24,000 bases of DNA from Nanobdellota archaeon (GCA_021813435.1 JAKAKR010000013.1:67494-91493); one strand, 5' to 3'. Shown: positions 1 to 8,023, numbered from the stretch's first letter. Translations and numbers: made by a program. Notes: generated by a model not told the origin, from the sequence alone.

Positions 1-1377
1 CTCGCGTACTTTCTTGATCATAACTGTTGTTGCAACGAAGCGCAAGACTCCTGAAGTCAAAAAGAGGAATGGGATTGTTGAAATAATCCAGATAGGGTAC
101 ACTTTGATGAGTTCCCCACCCAGGAGCGCACCGAGAAATACTGCGATTCCCACAAGAAAATTATAGTATGCGATGTGTTTGACCCGTTCCTCTTTGGAGG
201 TCGCATCGAAGAGAAAACTAGAGGTTGAAAGGTTGAATCCTGCCCATATGACTCCGGAGAATGCTTCTTCAATGAATAAGTAGAGAAATATCATGAATGG
301 GGTCTTGATATAAATGGCAAGTATCATGAGTAACGGCGGAAGTGGTACGAGAAAGCCGGAGATGGTGAGTACACGCTTGCTGCCATGCTTATCAATCATC
401 CGCCCCCAAAACCCCATGGTAAGAAAACTTGCCGCGATGCTGATGCCCATGATGGCCGTGAAATAGCGATAACCCATATTCATATCCTTAAGAAGATAGA
501 GCGCAAAGAATGGCGCAGAGATGGATACCGCAAATTGGAGGAGGAATACATAGATTACAAATATCCCATAATTGTCATGCGTCATATTTTTCATGAACGC
601 GACAAATGAGGTATCATGCGCAGGCGGCGTATAGGGCGGGTCATAGATTTTCGATTTATAATACGCGGCAATGGTGCGGGTGATGAATGCAATAACAAAG
701 AGGATTGCAAACCCGAAAAAGATATAATAATGTTTTCCTACTGTGTCAAGATGGGTAAAAAAACTCAGGATGAATCCCGCGATGAGTGTTGCAATAAAGT
801 TTATGAGATTGACGACGCGGTTGCGCTTCCCGAAGAATTCTCCGCGCTTGTCCTCATCGATGATATCGCCGAGGATGCTATTATAGATCGGTCCCTGGAA
901 TGTTCCAAAAGTTGATTCGAGCGTTACAAGGATGAGGATGAGCCAGATCCAGGTCGGCGCGACAAAAGGGATTATAAGGAGCGGGAGCCAGATGAGCGAT
1001 TGCAGAATAGCTGTAATCACAATCAGCCTGCTGCGGGTCTTGAAAAATTTCAACGATTCCTGCGCAAACAGTTGGAAGAATGATGCGACAAGTTGCGGGA
1101 CTGATGCAAGAGCTGCAAGCATTCCGGTCGAAGCATTCAGTGCTATGGCAAAGGGCATGATGAAGCTTGTTGTCATGCCGTTCTTTATTGCAGTAAAGAA
1201 CCCGTCCTTGACGCAATAATGTACACTGCGCTCTTTTTTCTTGTAGAGCGGCTCAGTCTCTTCTGCTGAGGGAGTGTTCTTTTTTGCCAGCCGCTCTTTC
1301 TTGCGCGCTTCAAGTAGTTCAGAGAGTGTTTGCGGCTTTTGCACAGGATCAGGGGATGGCTGTTTTTTCGGATTCAT
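1..1377 (-). CDS. MFS-family transporter; the C-terminal end runs off the left window edge
   Basis: Absent from the supplied ORF track because there is no stop codon inside the window. Read by hand on the reverse strand from the ATG (complement of cat at 1375-1377), all 459 codons down to position 1 are open. The translation is MNPKKQPSPD...VKDGFFTAIKNGMTTSFIMPFAIAL...ILGDIIDEDKRGEFFGKRN...GFWGRMIDKHGSKRVL...FLVGIAVFLGALLGG. It shows many hydrophobic TM segments and the MFS loop motif G-x3-D-(K/R)-x-G-(S/R)-(K/R). The + strand ORFs at 385-1219 are its antisense shadows. Confidence 0.8.
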   Translation of the reverse strand, partial: MNPKKQPSPDPVQKPQTLSELLEARKKERLAKKNTPSAEETEPLYKKKERSVHYCVKDGFFTAIKNGMTTSFIMPFAIALNASTGMLAALASVPQLVASFFQLFAQESLKFFKTRSRLIVITAILQSLIWLPLLIIPFVAPTWIWLILILVTLESTFGTFQGPIYNSILGDIIDEDKRGEFFGKRNRVVNLINFIATLIAGFILSFFTHLDTVGKHYYIFFGFAILFVIAFITRTIAAYYKSKIYDPPYTPPAHDTSFVAFMKNMTHDNYGIFVIYVFLLQFAVSISAPFFALYLLKDMNMGYRYFTAIMGISIAASFLTMGFWGRMIDKHGSKRVLTISGFLVPLPPLLMILAIYIKTPFMIFLYLFIEEAFSGVIWAGFNLSTSSFLFDATSKEERVKHIAYYNFLVGIAVFLGALLGGELIKVYPIWIISTIPFLFLTSGVLRFVATTVMIKKVRE

Positions 1378-1428
1378 TGTTTTTTTGGATTAATCATAGT
1401 TTACAATACCTTCACGAGCTCCATCTGC

Positions 1429-1476
1429 GTCTATTGCTATCGGCATCTATTGCTATCGGCGTCTATTTTGCGCTAC
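1429..1476. repeat. 16-bp tandem direct repeat, two near-identical copies plus one degenerate copy
   Basis: gtctattgctatcggc (1429-1444), atctattgctatcggc (1445-1460), gtctattttgcgctac (1461-1476). It lies in the divergent intergenic region between the MFS start (1377, -) and uS7 (1594, +). Confidence 0.8.
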
Positions 1477-1593
1477 CTTCTCTTCCATAAACGACGATTT
1501 ATAAATTTTGTTCCGTATAGCGCAACCATAACTTTTATAAATACTTCCCATTTCCTCATACGATTATACAGCATATTTCGAGGTACACTAAAA

Positions 1594-2193
1594 ATGACCC
1601 AGATTTTGGCATTTGGAAAATGGGATTGCTCCCAAATCAAGGTAGATGACCCGGGAGTTGCACCCTACATCATCACTACACCCATGATTGTAAACAAGAC
1701 CGGTGCACGCTATGCAGGCAATAAGTTCTACAAATCCAAGATATTCATTGTTGAGCGGCTCATGAACAAGCTCATGATTCCCGGCCATCGCGCAAAAAAG
1801 CACAAGATTACCAGCAGGCAATGCACAGGCAAGGGACAGACGACCTACAAACTTGTTGAGGACGCATTCAAGATCATCGAGGAAAAATTGAAGAAGAATC
1901 CTGTTGAAGTGTTCGTGAAGGCGCTGGAGAATGCCTGCCCCCGTGAAGAAGTCATTGCGATCGAATACGGCGGAGCGCGTTATCCCAAAGCATTGGAATG
2001 CGCGCCGCAGCGTCGAGTTGATCTTGCACTCCGGCAGATGACCCAGGGCGCATACCAGAAGACATTCAACGCAAAGCGCAATGCATCAGAATCACTTGCG
2101 GCAGAGATCATCAATGCATTCCAATTATCAGGTCAGTCTTCAGCAATCTCCAAGAAATTGGAGCTTGAGCGTCAGGCAGATGCTGCACGCTAA
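1594..2193 (+). CDS. rps7: 30S ribosomal protein uS7 (archaeal S7 / eukaryotic S5 type)
   Basis: MTQILAFGKWDCSQIKVDDPGVAPYI...IVERLMNKLM...NPVEVFVKALENACPREEVIAIEYGGARYPKALECAPQRRVDLALRQMTQGA... is typical archaeal S7 from end to end. The ATG at 1594 is preceded by the SD-like GAGGT (1580-1584). TATA-like ttttataaat lies at 1533-1542 and tttataaa at 1498-1505. The upstream 88 codons of the track ORF (1330-1593) are a non-coding extension. Confidence 0.95.
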   Translation: MTQILAFGKWDCSQIKVDDPGVAPYIITTPMIVNKTGARYAGNKFYKSKIFIVERLMNKLMIPGHRAKKHKITSRQCTGKGQTTYKLVEDAFKIIEEKLKKNPVEVFVKALENACPREEVIAIEYGGARYPKALECAPQRRVDLALRQMTQGAYQKTFNAKRNASESLAAEIINAFQLSGQSSAISKKLELERQADAAR

Positions 2194-2200
2194 GAGTAAT

Positions 2201-2217
2201 TCTTTTCTTATTTTTTT
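2201..2217 (+). terminator. Oligo-T tract after uS7 (archaeal-type terminator)
   Basis: tcttttcttattttttt follows directly after the uS7 stop codon. Confidence 0.45.
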
Positions 2218-2261
2218 ATTGACAGTTCTTCTTTGTATTTTTGTAGTTTCTTGCATAAACT

Positions 2262-2269
2262 ATTTATAA
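2262..2269 (+). promoter_or_regulatory. TATA box of the MGMT-DUF5680-DJ-1 operon
   Basis: atttataa lies 21-28 nt upstream of the ATG at 2290, which implies a leaderless or near-leaderless first gene. Confidence 0.6.
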
Positions 2270-2289
2270 CAGCACGCATTCTCGGATGC

Positions 2290-2595
2290 ATGCGCGCGCC
2301 AACACCATTTGAACAGCGGGTCTATGACACAATTAGTAAGATTCCGAAAGGGGAAGTTGTGACATATGGGCAGCTTGCAAAGAAATTAAAGAGTTCACCG
2401 CGCGCCGTAGGCCAGGCGCTCAGACGAAATCCTTACGCGCCCCAGGTGCCCTGTCACCGCGTGATCAAAAGCGACGGCACACTCGGCGGGTATAACGGAA
2501 AGATGCATTCCAAAAAAAAGATTGCACTCCTCAAAAAAGAGGGTGTGCGTTTTGTTGCAGGAAAAGTGTACTGCAAAAAACAGGTGCACTGGTGA
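2290..2595 (+). CDS. MGMT-family protein (methylated-DNA-protein-cysteine methyltransferase catalytic/DNA-binding domain only)
   Basis: The sequence VVTYGQLAKKL...PRAVGQALRRNPYAPQVPCHRVIKSDGTLGGY carries the PCHRV active-site motif and the HTH region of Ogt/Ada C-terminal domains. At about 100 aa it is the stand-alone short form. The start was chosen at the ATG at 2290 (MRAPTPFEQ), downstream of the TATA box. Confidence 0.85.
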   Translation: MRAPTPFEQRVYDTISKIPKGEVVTYGQLAKKLKSSPRAVGQALRRNPYAPQVPCHRVIKSDGTLGGYNGKMHSKKKIALLKKEGVRFVAGKVYCKKQVHW

Positions 2596-3059
2596 TGATC
2601 ATGACGCCGCTTGATGATTTTCTTGTGATCGCAAAAAAGAATACGTACGCAAACCCGGACATCACACCTATTCTCCTTTCCAACGGGAAAAAAAGATATA
2701 CTTTCAGCGATGGAGCGTTCAGCTATACGGATACGTACCATGTTAATAATAACTCATTCCGGGGTATTGAAACAGTCACCGAAAACAGTATCATACGCTG
2801 GAAAATGGAATACACCGGAGGGGTTGTATGCGAGGTCATTCCCCAAGAGCAAATTTACGCATTCCTCAAGGAAGTACTACAAAAGGTCACCCCAGACATG
2901 CCGTTTCGCGGTCCAGAGCGGGTGAAGAAAGGATTGCTTAGATATCATAATATCGTGACGCATCGTGATGCGCATACGTTTCGGGGCGAGGAAACCATCA
3001 GCACCGGAAACATACTGATCTATGCACTCGCGTATTATGGTGAATTGTTGGAGGGATAA
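2595..3059 (+). CDS. DUF5680-like protein
   Basis: FLVIAKKNTYANP...YTDTYHVNNNSFRGIETV...WKMEYTGGV...FLKEVLQKV...PFRGPE...FRGEETI...YALAYYGELL follows the DUF5680 pattern as I recall it (AKK.TYA ... Y.DTY.G...F.G.E ... W.MNY.G ... P.RGP ... F.G.E.I ... YHGG). Its start overlaps the upstream stop (gGTGATGa). GGTG at 2583-2586 could serve as an SD. The start could instead be GTG 2592 or ATG 2601. Confidence 0.7.
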   Translation: MIMTPLDDFLVIAKKNTYANPDITPILLSNGKKRYTFSDGAFSYTDTYHVNNNSFRGIETVTENSIIRWKMEYTGGVVCEVIPQEQIYAFLKEVLQKVTPDMPFRGPERVKKGLLRYHNIVTHRDAHTFRGEETISTGNILIYALAYYGELLEG

Positions 3060-3060
3060 G

Positions 3061-3591
3061 ATGAAAAAAATCGCCATGATCATATCGCCTGAAGGATTCC
3101 AGGACACTGAACTCTCTGTTCCGAAACAGTATTTTGAATCGCAAGGATTTACAGTCGAGATATATAGTACGCAGACCGGATACGCGCATGGATCCCTTGG
3201 CATGCGATTCAAGGTCGTGCATACCGTACAATCCATTGATGTCGAATCGTATGATGCAATCGTCTATATCGGCGGTCCCGGAACCCCGCTCGTGCGCAAG
3301 AACGAGTATGCAGTCTATCTTGCAAAGAATGCAGCAGAAAAAGGAAGGATTGTCGCTGCTATCTGCTGGAGTCCGACGATTCTTGCAAAAGCAGGGATAC
3401 TGAATGGAAAAAAAGCGACAGTATGGAATGGCGATGACCCGGAATTCAAGATGACAACACCGCAATACCTCGAGCATCACGGCGCAACGTACACCGGAGA
3501 ATTAGTCACGATTGACGGAAACATAATCACTGCTAATGGTCCTGCTGCCGCAAAACAATATGCAGAAGCGATTGTACATGCGTTGCAGTGA
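3061..3591 (+). CDS. DJ-1/PfpI family protein
   Basis: MKKIAMIISPEGFQDTEL...YDAIVYIGGPG...GRIVAAICWSPTILAKAGIL...ITANGPAAA shows the nucleophile-elbow Cys (AICWSP, compare AICHGP). The ATG lies 1 nt after the upstream stop, and GGAGGG (3049-3054) acts as the SD. Confidence 0.9.
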   Translation: MKKIAMIISPEGFQDTELSVPKQYFESQGFTVEIYSTQTGYAHGSLGMRFKVVHTVQSIDVESYDAIVYIGGPGTPLVRKNEYAVYLAKNAAEKGRIVAAICWSPTILAKAGILNGKKATVWNGDDPEFKMTTPQYLEHHGATYTGELVTIDGNIITANGPAAAKQYAEAIVHALQ

Positions 3592-3625
3592 GAAATCGGC
3601 ATTCAGCACCGATACTATCTGAGGT

Positions 3626-5443
3626 TCACTGCCGGATCTCGACTGCATGATTCTCCTGGAGTGCATGCAGGATTGTTTTTCCAGGGCTGCTGTGCATATT
3701 GATCTTTACCACAGCTTTCTTTGAGCTCTTGACTGTCACGACAAACCCTGCATTGACATAAATATCGCTTTCCCGGTCTGCAGCAGTCTGGGGAAGGATG
3801 AAGGTGATATTTTTCTTGTCGATCTTCACATCATAAGGCACTGTTGCGGTCCGCTGGACAGTGCGCTCGCTCACTTCACGGACATCAATAGACATCTTAA
3901 GTTTTTCTTCGATACGGGTAATATGTTCCCCGTTCTTTCCGATGACGAGCGGTTTTTTTGCCGTGGGTACATAGACCACGCATTTGGAATCGCTGATCAT
4001 GTCAACGCGCACCTGATCAGTGAATTTCTCGAATTCCTTTGCAATGACCTGCGCCGCAAGTTGTCCAGCTGGACTTACGGATTCTGCACTGACCGGAACC
4101 ACGACAGTCTCCTCACCATACGTGTAGATTTCGTATTCCAGTTTTCCCGACTCGAAATCATGGACAACAACAATGGGTCGCGCCAAATCCGCTTCGAGCA
4201 TTCCATGCGGAACCTTTACTGCCATGCCAAGCGAGAATACTTTTTCGATTGCGCCGTTCTTGATAAAGACCACCGTGTCCAGCACATGGGGGATGACCCC
4301 TAACTCAATTCTGCCGATGAATCGCTGGATTGCATCAATGGGATTTGTCGCATGCACGACTCCAATCATTCCGACGCCAGAGAGTCGCAGGTCTGAGAAT
4401 AATTTGAAATCAGCAGTATTGCGGATCTCATCAAAGATAGTATAATCCGGTCGCGAGAGGAGTAGGATGTCATGGATCTCCTGATAGGTTGCATGGGTAA
4501 TTGCATATTGCGTGACCTCATCGCCGAGAACCAAGTCACGCGGCGCTTCAACAGTCTTGACAACTTTGTGTTGAGAGAGATAAAATTCTCCGAGCGCCTG
4601 CGCAAATGTGCTCTTCCCGTGTCCAGGTGATCCGGCAATAAGCACTCCTTCTGCCTGCCCTTCGAGCCGCTGCTGTAATTTATCCGAGATAGCATAATCA
4701 GTGAATGCGAGTTTCTTGACTGGCCGCACGACAGTGATCTCATAGCCGTCGGCAAGCGGCGGACGGGTGATGACAATGCGATAATTCGATAACTGGATAA
4801 TGGTCGAGTATTTTCGTTCATTCTCGACAAAACCATCTGAACGTATGCCGGTCTCTTCGACGATCTCTCGCGCAATAGCACGCATATCATCTGCAGTGAG
4901 CGGGCTTGCAGCGACATCGACAAACAGCCAGTCTCCCGGCATTCCCCGTTTTGCCTTGGGAATGCATCCCTCTTTCAGGTGGATGCTCATGGTTTTCTCG
5001 TCAAAGAATTTGTCAATGGTCAATGGCTTGGAGTGCTGCGTCACTGCAATCAACATGACAGTGACCCCTTTTGCTTCGGCAGTAAGCGCCTGGACTTTGT
5101 CCACAGTCACGAGTGTCGCATTCATGTCGAACGCGAGGTTTCTGATGAGCGCATCGATCCCGCCTTTTTTTGCAATCGCAATATCATGTGCAGAAGGACG
5201 CTCTCCTGCAAATCCGATCTTGAATCCCTTTTTCTTTGCAAGTTGGTTCAATCGTTTTATCTCATCAAGTCCGAGGTATCCGATTTCCTTGCGCGCATTT
5301 GCCTGCGCTTCAAGTTCAGAAAGTGACGCCTCATGGATCATGATATGTGCAGGAAGAATTTCGTCCTGCGCAATCTTTTGCGAGAGTATTCCTTCGATGA
5401 GAACGCTGGTATCAGGGACTATGCGTTCAAGAGCATTTGCCAT
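3626..5443 (-). CDS. PIN domain / PilT-type ATPase / KH domain protein (archaeal COG1855-type)
   Basis: N-terminal PIN-like segment MANALERIVPDTSVLIEG; Walker A GSPGHGKSTFAQAL; PilT-like core; C-terminal KH segment VIGKNGEHITRIEEKL. The start was set at the ATG at 5443, 21-32 nt downstream of a TATA box. The 44 upstream codons in the track ORF overlap the neighbouring gene. Confidence 0.85.
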   Translation of the reverse strand: MANALERIVPDTSVLIEGILSQKIAQDEILPAHIMIHEASLSELEAQANARKEIGYLGLDEIKRLNQLAKKKGFKIGFAGERPSAHDIAIAKKGGIDALIRNLAFDMNATLVTVDKVQALTAEAKGVTVMLIAVTQHSKPLTIDKFFDEKTMSIHLKEGCIPKAKRGMPGDWLFVDVAASPLTADDMRAIAREIVEETGIRSDGFVENERKYSTIIQLSNYRIVITRPPLADGYEITVVRPVKKLAFTDYAISDKLQQRLEGQAEGVLIAGSPGHGKSTFAQALGEFYLSQHKVVKTVEAPRDLVLGDEVTQYAITHATYQEIHDILLLSRPDYTIFDEIRNTADFKLFSDLRLSGVGMIGVVHATNPIDAIQRFIGRIELGVIPHVLDTVVFIKNGAIEKVFSLGMAVKVPHGMLEADLARPIVVVHDFESGKLEYEIYTYGEETVVVPVSAESVSPAGQLAAQVIAKEFEKFTDQVRVDMISDSKCVVYVPTAKKPLVIGKNGEHITRIEEKLKMSIDVREVSERTVQRTATVPYDVKIDKKNITFILPQTAADRESDIYVNAGFVVTVKSSKKAVVKINMHSSPGKTILHALQENHAVEIRQ

Positions 5444-5463
5444 GACCCGTAAAGCGCAAGACC

Positions 5464-5475
5464 ATTTAAAAATAT
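5464..5475 (-). promoter_or_regulatory. TATA box for the PIN-PilT-KH ATPase gene
   Basis: The reverse strand reads aatatttttaaat, 21-32 nt upstream of the ATG at 5443. Confidence 0.55.
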
Positions 5476-5483
5476 TGCTAATA

Positions 5484-7493
5484 TCACGATTGGAAGAGCA
5501 GGCCGGTTTTGTAGAGGAAGTAGCGCGCGTATAATACGATATCCTGGAACGCGGTGGTCTCTGGCGTGATGACAATGGTTTGCGTACTCATGGCAGTAGC
5601 GTGCTGTGCATCCTGATAGGTGACTGTAATGGTAAAATTATTTGCTCCGGGCCTGAGTACCATGCTTGAGAGGTCAATGATGAATGGTTGATCGCTTTGC
5701 AATGCCGGAAGGGTCCATTGTTTTGCAATCATGGGTCCAGTGATCGTGAGCGTGATATTTTCAGGGATTGATTCTGAATGTTTCTCGACGATGAATGACA
5801 GGTTGAACGATGTATCGTATGCGATGCGTGCAGGATAGATCGGCGAACTAAGCATGATGTTGGGGTGGTCAACAACGGCGATCGTGATATAATTTGCCTT
5901 GAAGAATTGGTCATGGGAGACTGTGAATGGCAGGGTCTTTGTTCCAGTCTCATTGAATTGTGTCGTGAATGTAAACTGCAGGGTTGTGATGCCGAATGAT
6001 TTGATTGTGCAATTATTTGCAAGACAGATTTTTACATTGGTAAAGGACCGGTCTCCTTTATTGTCAACACTGCAGGTAATGGCGACAGGCTCATTCGGGT
6101 ATATGCGCGTTTTTGCAGGAGTACAGTCCAGCGCGATGGATGCAGAATAAGGACGGGACGATTCTGCAACAGTGCTTGCAGTAATTTCGCGCGCAGTCGC
6201 ATAACTCATCTCGGCATTTCCATCACGCACAATCCATTGGCTGGCATGCGATGCATTGAGTGAATTATAGACGACTATCGGGAAGGTGTATTGATATTGC
6301 GGCGTCAGGGTATTATCAAGCTTGATGATCCAATCGACGGTCTTTTTCGCGTGCGGTTCCAGGAGTACTTCCTTGCGATGGATGCTCTTGCCCTGGACCT
6401 GTTCTGCGGAAGGGTCGAGGATGATGATATCCTGGGTGTCTGCAAGATAGAGGTCTGCAACCATATAATAATCATTGGGATTGGTGACTTCTGCAGCGAT
6501 GACATTATACGAGACAAGACCAGTGTGTGTTGCAGAAAGCGTAGTAGTAAAGGTGTATGGACTGGAAACATCGCCGCCGGTTTCGAGTACGCGCACCGTG
6601 CTTGCAAGATCCTGCGTCTGCAGTGTTGCATCCTGTCCTAAGTATTCGTAGGCAACGCTTGATATCTTTGAATTGAATGATCGCTCAAAGGTGATATGCC
6701 CGGCATCAAGGTATCCATACTCGCCATAAGTCACATCATAGGCGATCCAACCATAACCCGGAAAATATACTTCAGCCCATGCATGCGGCACCCAGTCAGT
6801 GCCGAAAATATCAAGATTCGTGTATGCGTATCCGGAGACGAATCGCGCAGGGATACCCAATGCGCGGTTGAGTGAGATAAAAAGGATTGTGATCTCATTG
6901 CATACCCCGCGCTTGTTTGCAAGTACCCACGAGGATTTCTGGTTTGCCTGATTGTTCAATGTGCTCAGGTCGTATTGTACATGCGAACGCACATATTCTG
7001 CAAGGGCATATTCGACTGCATAGAGATCAGTTTTTCCTGCAGTGATATCAGAGGCAGTATTGCGTATCTCCGGAGTGATGTCGATGGTCTCTGTCGGTTG
7101 AAGATAAGAATAGAGTGAATTATCAAGATCATGCAGGGGAAAGGGTATGGTTTCATGGATCAGATACTGATGATAGCTCGTGTCAATCTTTGAGCGTATG
7201 GATATACTGTAAGACTCTGGTGCAGGACGCGCAATATAGAGATTGACTGCGCCATTGCCGACAGTTGCCGGAGGGTCTGCCTCTGTCCAGTAGACATATT
7301 GTCGTGCATCACGGATCGGGATGTCATGGACTGTTGCATTCACATAAGAGAGACGGTATGCTGATGATTCAGGAACAATCGTGAATGTGGTCGAGGAATT
7401 GACGAGAAGTACCAGTGACTGCTTATCACTATAATCTACTGCGAGTGCAAAGGGGATAAGCAACAATAATAGTATGGCGACGAATTTTTTCAC
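5484..7493 (-). CDS. Transglutaminase-like (Cys-His-Asp) membrane-anchored surface protein with Ig-like/CARDB-like C-terminal repeats
   Basis: N-terminal signal/TM MKKFVAILLLLLIPFALA. The transglutaminase core is KRGVCNEITILFISLNRALGIPARFVSGY...WVPHAWAEVYFPGYGWIAYDVT, with C, H and D in canonical order. A long beta-rich region follows, and there is a C-terminal hydrophobic tail. GTG start at 7493, 23-29 nt from a TATA box. Confidence 0.85.
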   Translation of the reverse strand: MKKFVAILLLLLIPFALAVDYSDKQSLVLLVNSSTTFTIVPESSAYRLSYVNATVHDIPIRDARQYVYWTEADPPATVGNGAVNLYIARPAPESYSISIRSKIDTSYHQYLIHETIPFPLHDLDNSLYSYLQPTETIDITPEIRNTASDITAGKTDLYAVEYALAEYVRSHVQYDLSTLNNQANQKSSWVLANKRGVCNEITILFISLNRALGIPARFVSGYAYTNLDIFGTDWVPHAWAEVYFPGYGWIAYDVTYGEYGYLDAGHITFERSFNSKISSVAYEYLGQDATLQTQDLASTVRVLETGGDVSSPYTFTTTLSATHTGLVSYNVIAAEVTNPNDYYMVADLYLADTQDIIILDPSAEQVQGKSIHRKEVLLEPHAKKTVDWIIKLDNTLTPQYQYTFPIVVYNSLNASHASQWIVRDGNAEMSYATAREITASTVAESSRPYSASIALDCTPAKTRIYPNEPVAITCSVDNKGDRSFTNVKICLANNCTIKSFGITTLQFTFTTQFNETGTKTLPFTVSHDQFFKANYITIAVVDHPNIMLSSPIYPARIAYDTSFNLSFIVEKHSESIPENITLTITGPMIAKQWTLPALQSDQPFIIDLSSMVLRPGANNFTITVTYQDAQHATAMSTQTIVITPETTAFQDIVLYARYFLYKTGLLFQS

Positions 7494-7515
7494 CCTACCC
7501 TAAGGATTGCACGGG

Positions 7516-7522
7516 TTTATAT
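7516..7522 (-). promoter_or_regulatory. TATA box for the transglutaminase-like gene
   Basis: tttatat / atataaa lies 23-29 nt upstream of the GTG start at 7493. Confidence 0.5.
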
Positions 7523-7573
7523 GGGTTGTGGTCGCGAAGGCTCTGGAGAAAATGTGAGTCGCCTTAAAACAAA

Positions 7574-7590
7574 GGAAATCAAAGATTTCC
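7574..7590. repeat. Perfect palindrome GGAAATC-AAA-GATTTCC
   Basis: Read directly. The half-site is related to the GAAAATC palindromes at 9390-9434. Confidence 0.7.
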
Positions 7591-7827
7591 GTGTGCTCAA
7601 AAATAATGAATTATTTTTGACATGAACATCTTTAAGATGCTGGTCTAAAAATGTTCACAGAATTCCAAATGGTGAACATTTTCCTTCAATCACTCCAAAG
7701 AATGCGAATGGCGACTACGAGCAAAGCGAGAATTTCTCCAGAGCCAGTCGCAAGAAAGATTTTCTCTGCGCGCACGCCAACAATGACGCGTCAGCCCCTT
7801 CATGCAGGGTATGACGTGACAAAAAGA

Positions 7828-7836
7828 TTTATAAAA
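7828..7836 (+). promoter_or_regulatory. BRE/TATA promoter of tRNA-Ser
   Basis: The purine-rich aaaaag is followed by tttataaaa, 34-42 nt upstream of tRNA position 1 (7870). Confidence 0.55.
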
Positions 7837-7869
7837 CAGTCCTGATTCTGTAAGCATAGGTTCGTCCAT

Positions 7870-7996
7870 GCCGGGGTGGCACAACCTGGTACTGCGCCAG
7901 ATTGCTAAGCACTATGCGTGCTTTTAGATTGCTGCGCATTACACACAAAGATCTGGTGTCCGAAAGGATTTGTGGGTTCAAATCCCACCCTCGGCG
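7870..7996 (+). tRNA. tRNA-Ser (anticodon GCU) with an intron of about 43 nt at the canonical 37/38 position
   Basis: Folded by hand. Acceptor GCCGGGG/CCTCGGC (one G-U), discriminator G. Anticodon stem CCAGA/TCTGG, loop TTGCTA[intron]A with GCT at 7904-7906. Long class-II variable arm TGTCCGAAAGGATTT. T arm GTGGG-TTCAAAT-CCCAC. Confidence 0.85.
7908..7950 (+). other. tRNA-Ser intron (boundaries +/-1-2 nt)
   Basis: The insertion AGCACTATGCGTGCTTTTAGATTGCTGCGCATTACACACAAAG sits between anticodon-loop position 37 and A38. It contains the hairpin AAGCAC-TATGC-GTGCTT. Confidence 0.7.
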
Positions 7997-8023
7997 TACC
8001 TTCCTAAGGGTAGAAAGCCACTA

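Noticed and set aside
385-1219. Three plus-strand ORFs and one minus-strand ORF listed at 385-1219
   Set aside because: A different minus-strand frame is open for 459 codons and encodes an obvious MFS transporter. The listed ORFs are antisense or off-frame shadows with Cys/His/Arg-rich nonsense composition.
1330-1593. N-terminal 88-codon extension of the uS7 ORF
   Set aside because: The extension translates to hydrophobic nonsense. It spans the tandem repeats and both TATA boxes. ATG 1594 has an SD and aligns with the conserved uS7 N-terminus.
3923-5534. Plus-strand ORFs (126, 90, 244 and 115 aa) and a second minus-frame ORF (185 aa) overlapping the PIN-PilT-KH ATPase gene
   Set aside because: The ATPase frame carries Walker A, PIN and KH motifs along its whole length. 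The overlapping ORFs are Ser/Arg/Ala-rich with no motifs and are shadow ORFs.
7494-7869. RNase P RNA or SRP (7S) RNA in the long intergenic region
   Set aside because: I looked for the conserved blocks: GAGGAAAGTCC and ACAGAAnnCGGCTTA for RNase P, and a helix-8 GGUGA/AGCA-type motif for SRP. Only a bare ACAGAA at 7656-7661 is present, which is insufficient.
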